From: Tubiluchus corallicola
Taxonomy: Eukaryota; Animalia; Priapulida
Assembly: GCA_030141605.1 (NCBI GenBank)
Contig: JAQGDQ010002244.1
Span: 1 to 6,745, forward strand
Length of the DNA stretch: 6,745 nucleotides
Reading direction: 5' to 3'
This document shows, one piece after another, positions 1-6,745 of the stretch (its first letter is position 1; each line of letters starts with the position of its first letter). A program made the translations under genes and the position numbers. The notes under the pieces are model-generated. The model made no database searches. It was not told where the DNA came from and worked only from the letters and a program-made list of their open reading frames with translations.

Positions 1-435
1 ATGTTTTTATTGATGTTGCTTTTTTATTGTCTTGGTCGCTGTTGTTGTCATCATTGTTTTATGTTTCTTATTTTCTAACTGCTCTGTAGATTTCAATTAG
101 TAAAACTCCTTCAACTGTTCCAAACTGTCAGCAGTTAAGCTGTAAAACATTATGCAACACAATATAACAAACGCGAGATGCTCTTTAGACTAGTGATAAT
201 CTTATAGGTTCAATTTTTGTTTTATTTTTGCTGCTGTTGTTCTCGTGTTCGAGTTACTTGATCCTGCTGTTTTTATTCCGTTTCAGTTTCGTCTTGTAAA
301 GCTACCATCCAATAACTTCAGTGTTGAGGTTTTCTTTGATTCATGTCTGGCTTAAAGCAAATACAGGTTTTTATGTAGTGGTTATAATATAAATTATTGT
401 ATTTATAAAATCTTTTTCTATTCGTATAAATGTAG

Positions 436-633
436 GAGGACAAACCATTAGGAATGGAGACTGGTACTATTCCAGATTCTGCAATAAACGGGACTCAGAG
501 CCACAACCTAGGTGCGTCTCCACCATGGCATGCTAGACTTGGAAACTCCCACAAAGGTTGGCGTATGCATCTCGGTGGAATTTTGACGATAGATCTGGGC
601 GGGAAACGAATGATAACCCGAATAACAACACAG
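436..633 (+). CDS. Coding exon A of an F5/8 type C (discoidin) domain protein (N-terminal part of the domain)
   Basis: Acceptor ...tgtAG (434-435) and strong donor CAG|GTGAG (634). Translates EDKPLGMETGTIPDSAINGTQSHNLGASPPWHARLGNSHKGWRMHLGGILTIDLGGKRMITRITTQ. This matches discoidin motifs PLGMExGxIPD, PxxARL, W, xDLG and ITxxxTQ(G). The track ORF 454..723 runs on into the intron after TTQ. Confidence 0.92.
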
Positions 634-903
634 GTGAGCTTGTTAAACACAAAGATTTTGGCATCAATAAAGTTATCATTTGTTCATGAATCGATTGTAA
701 ATGTTGGTGATCAGTTTTCATAATTATTGTAGCCATTTCAATTGATTACTCCGTCACTCCAGAGTTAGTCACTCTGCCCCCTGATCTGAAATTGTAACAA
801 TTGTAATAATCATGTCACCCTGAAATATATTTTGTTTATTTAGTTGTCAAGTACTTTTTCATGTTGATCTTAACTAACATACATTTTAAGTACCATTTTA
901 TGA

Positions 904-969
904 GTACCATCTAAGCAGCTATTTCGCAACTAAGATCAGCATGAGGAGAGCATGAAAGAATTCTGCCTT
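904..969. repeat. Intronic diverged direct repeat, copy 1 (partner 1269-1334)
   Basis: Ungapped manual alignment to 1269-1334 gives 49/66 identical bases. Weaker similarity extends upstream (~848-885 vs ~1168-1204). Confidence 0.75.
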
Positions 970-1045
970 AGGTCTCTGTTTAACATTTTTGAATTAGTTT
1001 CTCAACTACATGTATAAAGTTTGTCATCTGTTCAACACGATTTGA

Positions 1046-1120
1046 TTGCTGCAGTATCGAATCTGGACCTCCCGGCGTTCTCTGCATGAAGGGAAGAAAC
1101 CAACCAGACAAATTACCAAC
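1046..1120 (-). mobile_element. Degenerate tRNA-related fragment (possible SINE head)
   Basis: The - strand reads CGCCGGGAGGTCCAGATTCGATAC, resembling a tRNA variable loop/T-arm (B box GGTTCGANNC). 1053-1071 is 16/19 identical to the reverse complement of 6713-6731. No clear A box; boundaries approximate. Confidence 0.4.
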
Positions 1121-1268
1121 AGCCCCTGGCAGCGCTGATATCGTTACAATATCTTTTGCTGCTTTTTACAAGTATCATTTTCTTATTTTCTTTACAGTCA
1201 TACTAGCACATATAAGATTAGCTTAGCTTATATGCACAAGCTTAGAGGTTAGGCAAACACACAGACAG

Positions 1269-1334
1269 GTACCAGCTAAGCACCTTTTCCATAATTATGA
1301 ACAACACGAGGAATGCAAGAAAAGATTCTGCCTA
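1269..1334. repeat. Intronic diverged direct repeat, copy 2 (partner 904-969)
   Basis: GTACCAGCTAAGCAC...ATTCTGCCTA vs GTACCATCTAAGCAG...ATTCTGCCTT; 49/66 identity, no gaps. Confidence 0.75.
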
Positions 1335-1385
1335 GTTCTCACTTCAAATTCTGTTGGAAACTACTTTCTTAGATTTTGATTTCAG

Positions 1386-1490
1386 GGGTGTGAATCAGCG
1401 TGCGATCAAGACAAATGGGTTACAGAATATACTTTGTCTTACTTTGATGGCAGTGAATGGCAAGAGTATCTCACACAAGATCAGTCTGCG
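1386..1490 (+). CDS. Coding exon B of the discoidin domain protein
   Basis: Acceptor tttcAG| and donor |GTAAG; 105 nt. Translates GCESACDQDKWVTEYTLSYFDGSEWQEYLTQDQSA, matching the discoidin WVTxYxxSYxxDGxxWxxY motif. Confidence 0.93.
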
Positions 1491-1811
1491 GTAAGATTAG
1501 GTTAGAAATTTGAGCGGACACAGTAAATTCAAAGTTAATGTTTGTTTACAGAAATATATTAGGTAGGCTTATTTGACAATAAACATCTTTTACCTATATA
1601 GTTTCACCTGTTTAGGTTGCTTATCAGACTGCTACATATTTGCAGATACCCTAGTACTGCTTCATATGTTATTGCTTCATACAAAGTATATAATGTTCTT
1701 TCATTACCAGTAGATTACACAAGTCATAGTCTACAAAGTAGGTGTGGTTTTTGATGTATTAATTATTTAAAAAAGCATTTATAAGAGTATTATCCAGATA
1801 ACTATTTTCAG
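1491..1811 (+). other. Spliceosomal intron (321 nt, phase 0)
   Basis: GTAAG...tattttcAG, in frame between exons B and C. Confidence 0.88.
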
Positions 1812-1967
1812 GTACAAACGTTTGCTGCAAATACAGACAGATATGCACTGGTGTCGCATGCATTATCAATATATGGAGCATATTTCCTTCGATTTACTGT
1901 CAAGGGCACACATTCTGGAACTTTCGGCTCTGTAAAAATGGAATTGTATGGATGCACAATGAATTAA
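1812..1967 (+). CDS. Terminal coding exon C of the discoidin domain protein (stop TAA 1965-1967)
   Basis: Translates VQTFAANTDRYALVSHALSIYGAYFLRFTVKGTHSGTFGSVKMELYGCTMN*. Matches FxxNxD...V.H.L...AxxxRF and the hallmark C-terminal (R/K)MELYGC. Confidence 0.93.
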   Translation, partial: VQTFAANTDRYALVSHALSIYGAYFLRFTVKGTHSGTFGSVKMELYGCTMN

Positions 1968-1990
1968 GTCACTGCTGAGTGCAAATATAT

Positions 1991-2432
<442 letters not shown>

Positions 2433-3590
2433 GCTTCAATGATTGGAAGTTTTAAAGTTTTTCTTGGTTAGTTGTTGAAGCTTTGAATTTTTGTCTACTT
2501 GACTTAACGTTTGTATACGCACCCAGCTATCAATCTCAACGCACAGTTCTGATGGAGATTTAATTTTAACTAATTTTCTCTTTCGGTTTTTTGAAGTAGT
2601 GTGCATCCATATAAGAAGTGTGGCAGAATTAAAGTTTTGTATATTAGCGTCTTAGATTGTTGTGTTAGTTGCTCTTTAACTTGACGGAGATATGATGTGC
2701 TAGATGATATTTTTGTGTATTTGTTATTAAAGTGTTCATCCCATGAAAGATTATTGTCTACCTGTATGCCTAGATATTTACCATTATTTGTTTGTTCGAT
2801 TACAGCATTATTTATTGTCAAAGTGGGTGATGATGCTTCATTAGTACATTTCTAAATAATTAGTATCTTTTTCTAAATATTTTCTTGCAGTTTGGATATT
2901 TTCGCGGGCTAAGTAGATTGCAGTGTCATCAGCGTATTGTGTAGTTTGTGAGTGTTGTAATGCATTGGATATGTCGTTTATATATAGGCAAAATAATAAC
3001 GGGCCCAGTAGTGTTCCTTGTGGCATACTTCTATTTAACGTGGCCCAGTCAGAAAAGTTGGTTGTATCTAACTTTACTCGTGGTTGTCTATCTTTGAGAT
3101 AATTTTATATCAGTTTTAACGATATCGAATCAAATCCGATTTGCTTTCAGTTATCAAAAAGTAGTTTGTGATTAAAGCTATCGAATGCTTTACTTAAATC
3201 CATATATGCCGCTAAAATGCATTGTTTGTTGTCTAAGCTATATCTCCAATTTTCTTTAGTGTTACAGCGACAGTGGTTGAATGGTGTTTGCGGAAGCCAA
3301 GCTGATATTTTGGTAAAAGTTCATGTTTATTTATGTATGAACTTATCTGTGCATAAATAATCCTTTCCCAAACTTTATCAAAACAAAGTGTTACGGAAAT
3401 TGGGCGACAATTCACGGGGTCACATTTTGAATATTTTTTGTGGATTGGAGTCACGTTAGCCATTTTACATACAGTGGGAAATTCGCTTCTCATAATTATC
3501 TGATTAGCAATGTAAGTCATGTGTGCTGCTATTACAGATGCAGAGTCTTTTAGAATTTTGATAGGAATATCTGTTGGACCACTCCCTCTT
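2433..3590 (-). pseudogene. Reverse transcriptase and C-terminal region of LINE ORF2 (disrupted)
   Basis: Covers track ORFs 3233..3520, 2841..3026 and 2570..2821 plus intervening motifs: DLSKAFD 3180-3200, YADD 2925-2936, KYLG 2768-2779, QNCALRLI 2528-2551. Confidence 0.95.
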
Positions 3591-4180
3591 TAGAATTTTG
3601 GTCATTTAATATGTCCATAATTTCTCCTACTGTGACGCTTGTGAATGAGAATAATGTCGATTTGTTTATTAATTTGTTAATTATATTATTGTTAATTTGA
3701 GAAACCACTCCCCTAAAATTTCCAAGATTCAAGATTGTTGCATTTAGTGCGTTGGCAATATCTTTGGGCTTTGTAATAACAGTGTTGTTGATTTTAATAT
3801 CGCAAATACGCATTAGTTTATTACAGCATTTATTTATTACATTATCAAAAATTTTCCATTTTTTTAGTATTTCTTGCATTTTTACATTGTTGTTGTATAT
3901 GTTTATTTTTCAAGCATTTACTAAGATTATTAAACCGATTTCTCTTTTTTGTAATTGTTAAGATTGTTTTTAGTTTTGTTCTTTTCCCACTTATTATGCA
4001 TTCTATTTTGCGCTATTCTTAGTTTATCAAGTTCAGGTGTTGTCCATAGTGCAGGTGCTTTTGTTATTGACTTTACTTTGCTGAAGGAATTGTTTTACGT
4101 TTTTATATGGTGCATGTGCATTAAGGCAATATTTGACATTATTAATCAGAATATTTACTCGTGTATCTATTTTGTCAGTC

Positions 4181-4196
4181 ATATATATATATATAT
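4181..4196. repeat. (AT)8 microsatellite inside the LINE linker
   Basis: atatatatatatatat read directly; the linker reading frame (…NWTSIY…) is lost just after it. Confidence 0.9.
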
Positions 4197-4319
4197 GGAG
4201 GTCCAGTTCATTTTGCTAAGTCGATTAAGTATGAATGTTTGTTGCACTGGGCATAGTCTCTCATTAAATGCCAATTTTGGTAATTGCTATGTTGTGGGGA
4301 CATTTTATCTACTAACATT

Positions 4320-4985
4320 GTGAAACGATGATCTGAATAATCACACTGGAAAGTAACATATGCTACAAAATTATTGTTGCTGTTCGAAATGAAATGGTCG
4401 ATTACTGTATGGCTGATGTTTTAGAAATTCGAGTAGGTTTATTGTTGTTAAGTATGTGGACATTATATTGTTTTAAGAGCTCTGTGTGTGTGTGTGGTAA
4501 GCCAGTTTGTTCGTAACTAAAAATATCAAGGTTGTAATCGCCCATCTTAAGAACTTTTTTATTTTCGAAAACAGTGCGTTCTAGTTCTTTACTAAAATAT
4601 TTGAAAAATGTTTTGTGTTTGAGACTGGGTTATTTATATATGGTTCCCATAACATAGTTCTCAATGCTGCACCAAACAGATTAAATGTTCTTTATGTCTT
4701 TGATTTCTGATGTCTTTAATTTCTTGTGGTCTCAGGTGTGAAGGTATATACATCACAACCCCTCTACTTTTTTTTATTTTTACATCTATCTCTCTGTATT
4801 ACTGTGTGATTAGGTAATTCTATAGTGTTGCTAGGAATTTGTTTATGTAGCCAAGTTTCTGTTATGCCTACAATTTTCGGTGACGTAAATATGGATATTT
4901 ATGTATTACAAATTTTGCAAGCTCATGTATATATGTCTCTCAAAATCAGTTTTGTCAGTTTTAATACTTTAATGTTCAATGTTAA
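4320..4985 (-). pseudogene. Apurinic-like (APE/EEP) endonuclease domain of LINE ORF2 (disrupted; absent from the ORF track)
   Basis: Manual - strand translation: LNI 4971-4979; PKIVGITETWL (ETW 4851-4859)...LPNHTVIQRDR; GVVMYI 4745-4762; MGDYN 4531-4545; PTR 4429-4437; IDH 4394-4402; SDH 4328-4336. Confidence 0.93.
4483..4496. repeat. (TG)7 microsatellite inside the LINE endonuclease domain
   Basis: tgtgtgtgtgtgtg read directly. Confidence 0.85.
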
Positions 4986-5046
4986 TTATACACAAAACAA
5001 CCAATATGTATATTTTGTGTGTTTTACGATAGTTCATTGTGTAGTT

Positions 5047-5085
5047 TTGTCTTATTCTTATCTTATTGTCTTATTCTTTATCTTT
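5047..5085. repeat. Short tandem duplication (19/20-bp unit, TCTTA-rich)
   Basis: TTGTCTTATTCTTATCTTA followed by TTGTCTTATTCTTTATCTTT. Confidence 0.7.
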
Positions 5086-5567
5086 GTATAACACTAGAAA
5101 AACTGGCAAGGTGAAGCCATGAAAGTTTTCAGTTTTGAATTAATTTTGCGATCTATGAATTGAAGTTTCGGTTTTTTGTTCAGTAACTTTATAAAGTTGA
5201 TATTTTCGCAGTTATTTCGGTCTTGGTTTCCACCTCGTTCACATAATGCAAAACTCTGACATTTAGTCATTGTGAGAGGAAAAAATTGTGTAACAAATTT
5301 TCAAGAAAATTTCCATTCTATCGCGACCGTAAACGCAAATCTGGCAAGAGCAAATGTAGGAATCTCCTAAAAAGTGCGCTTATTTCACTTCAAAGAAGAT
5401 TAATATTTGAAAAATTATACTAGCTCAGAGTAAAATTCTTTTATTTCATTGGATGTATAATAAATTATTGAACATGTATTGACTTTTTTAATTATTATTA
5501 TTACATAAACAAGGACAGCGGACGGTGCCAGTACGCTTAACTACGCAATTTGCGACCTGTCGCTAGT

Positions 5568-5644
5568 GTCCTACTTGGGCAGCCCATGTACGACGCGTCC
5601 TACTTCGGCTAGCCCATGTACGCCAATTGTCCTACTTCGGCTAG
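5568..5644. repeat. GC-rich ~30-bp tandem repeat, 2.5 copies (core GTCCTACTTCGGCTAG)
   Basis: Units: 5568-5596 GTCCTACTTGGGCAGCCCATGTACGACGC; 5597-5628 GTCCTACTTCGGCTAGCCCATGTACGCCAATT; 5629-5644 GTCCTACTTCGGCTAG. Confidence 0.9.
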
Positions 5645-6672
5645 TGGGTTACTTGGCGCCCAACAGAGCCGCATAAAAGGGATATTATGGAGGATATAAT
5701 GTTGCGTTAGACGCTTTTCTCAACGTGACTGAAAAATTTTTACTGCTCGGTTATTAATTAATTAATTGGCAAAATAAGGAACTTATTTGTATGAGTAGTT
5801 TCTGGTTCATATACAAAAGAACATGAAAATCATAAATTACGCATCTTTGCTGGCCATCTTTGATATTTTTTCAGCAATTTTCACCTTAATGCCACAACAA
5901 CTTGATGCATATATTATACTATTAGCTTACCCTTTTGTCAATGTGGTGACAGTGGTGATAACAATGAGCTGGTTGTTCAGGCAGAAAACCTCAAAACGAC
6001 AACTTAATTATTTGTATATTTTCAATTTAGAAAAAAAAACTTTTCCAGACTGACTTCAGGATTTTAAATCACCAGATTTTAAACCAGGAGGTCAAAATTG
6101 TGTGGAAAGTGCAAAAAAACATTGTATATGTAATAAAACTAGGTCATACAGCCAGGCCTACTAGTATATATTGCCTACATTATACCGGCAGTACACTGAG
6201 GATATTGGTAATCGAATCTAACATACAGATATGTGAAATTCAGTCCACAAGGCAATAGCAAAACCTTTAATCAATTGTAACACAAAGGAAAGCTGAAAAA
6301 CAAAGAACAATCAACAGACCATTATGCTGCCCAGAACAATTGCGTTCAAATAGCTGAAACAATGTCCTATTGTCTTGCAAAGTAACGCATTATATTTCGT
6401 AAGCTGAATGATGTTGACAGACAGTATAGCCAAAAATGGGCTCACCACAGTTATCTCTCATAACGGGCATGTTTACTTCACATTAATTTTAGACAATAAA
6501 GAATATTGAAAACTCTTCTTGCATGCTGAACAATACTAAAAAGCTAAAATCACGTCCCTTTTCCCCTTGAGTTAAATTTGAACGAAACTTATCCTATCTT
6601 TAATCCTATTTTTCAAATCTTACTATTTTAGCTTTTAAAATTCCTCTGTGTTCAACTGCATATGTCATAACA

Positions 6673-6740
6673 CGTTTGCTGGAAAAGTGGACAGGTATCG
6701 CTTGCCATATCAGAGGTCCAATTTGGATACTCATTTGTGT
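6673..6740 (+). pseudogene. tRNA-Gly(GCC)-like relic (tRNA pseudogene or tRNA-derived SINE head)
   Basis: A-box-like TGGAAAAGTGG (6680-6690), anticodon-region TCGCTTGCCA (GCC at 6704-6706), then GAGGTCC and a decayed B box TTTGGATAC. Spacing is collinear with eukaryotic tRNA-Gly(GCC) as I recall it (TGGTTCAGTGG...TCGCCTGCCA...GAGGCCCGGGTTCGATTCC). The stems no longer pair, so it is not a functional tRNA. Confidence 0.5.
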
Positions 6741-6745
6741 TATTT

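Larger units (their letters stand above)
634..1385 (+). other. Spliceosomal intron (752 nt, phase 0)
   Basis: GTGAG...tttgatttcAG. Splicing restores the conserved TQ|G of the discoidin domain. Confidence 0.88.
2433..4990 (-). mobile_element. Decayed non-LTR retrotransposon (LINE), CR1/L2 group, ORF2 relic (APE endonuclease + reverse transcriptase)
   Basis: Collinear - strand motifs from the endonuclease (LNI.S, ITETWL, GVVMYI, GTIYK, MGDYN, PTR, IDH, SDH), through the linker (NW, HAP, LWTT, IANALN), to the RT and post-RT region (SGPTDIP, VTPIHKK, NCRPIS, QLGFR, DLSKAFD, PQGTLLGP, YADD, KYLG, LSWDEH, LYGC, QNCALRLI). Broken by many stops and frameshifts. Ends approximate; no ORF1 or target-site duplication seen; exact clade not determinable by eye. 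Confidence 0.95.

Noticed and set aside
90-167. Putative upstream exon after ctgtAG (ISISKTPSTVPNCQQLSC...)
   Set aside because: The acceptor looks plausible, but I found no convincing donor that joins this frame to 436 in phase, and the frame hits a stop.
634-736. C-terminal part of ORF 454..723 and antisense ORF 533..736
   Set aside because: Discoidin similarity stops at the GTGAG donor (634) and resumes at 1386. The rest is intron read-through or an antisense shadow.
2433-3590. RT next to repeats as a retron, DGR, CRISPR-RT, telomerase-like or other novel RT system
   Set aside because: The motifs and upstream APE domain are typical of a eukaryotic non-LTR retrotransposon, the frame is destroyed, and the context is a spliced eukaryotic gene.
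3752-5091. Hydrophobic + strand ORFs 3752..3961, 3955..4323 and 4825..5091 resembling membrane proteins
   Set aside because: They are antisense to the A-rich LINE ORF2. T-rich codons give spurious Phe/Leu/Ile/Val runs.
5568-5644. CRISPR-like array
   Set aside because: There are only 2.5 units, the inter-core segments are 13-16 nt and similar to each other rather than unique spacers, there are no cas genes, and the context is eukaryotic.
5823-6053. 76-aa hydrophobic ORF (MKIINYASLL...)
   Set aside because: No recognisable motif or splice support, and the composition is expected by chance in AT-rich DNA. It cannot be wholly excluded without expression data.
6205-6225. Third B-box-like match on the - strand (AGATTCGATTACC)
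   Set aside because: Only ~9 nt are shared with the 1053-1071 fragment and there is no A box or other tRNA similarity; compatible with chance.
6049-6258. ~70-codon open + frame after ttttccAG
   Set aside because: No recognisable domain and no linked exons; insufficient support.

Overview
AT-rich, intron-containing eukaryotic (probably invertebrate animal) genomic DNA, not a prokaryotic locus. It has four parts. (1) Three spliced + strand coding exons (436-633, 1386-1490, 1812-1967) with GT-AG phase-0 introns join into a 152-aa F5/8 type C (discoidin) domain ending ...KMELYGCTMN*. The ORF track catches only part of the first exon, and the gene's 5' end is unresolved. (2) A ~440-bp compound microsatellite, (CAAT)5(CAGT)45(CTGT)15(CTAT)32(CT)n(AT)10, begins 23 nt after the stop codon. 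(3) A decayed CR1/L2-group non-LTR retrotransposon ORF2 (AP endonuclease + reverse transcriptase; many stops and frameshifts, an internal deletion, truncated 3' end) lies on the - strand at ~2433-4990, directly abutting the microsatellite. (4) A mostly unassignable right flank holds a GC-rich ~30-bp tandem repeat (possible MITE) and a tRNA-Gly-like relic. Subtler signals are two related tRNA-derived (SINE-like) fragments, an old intronic duplication whose mismatches fall mostly at every third base, and an intronic hairpin. I see no convincing evidence for a new multi-gene system. The reverse transcriptase is an ordinary dead LINE.
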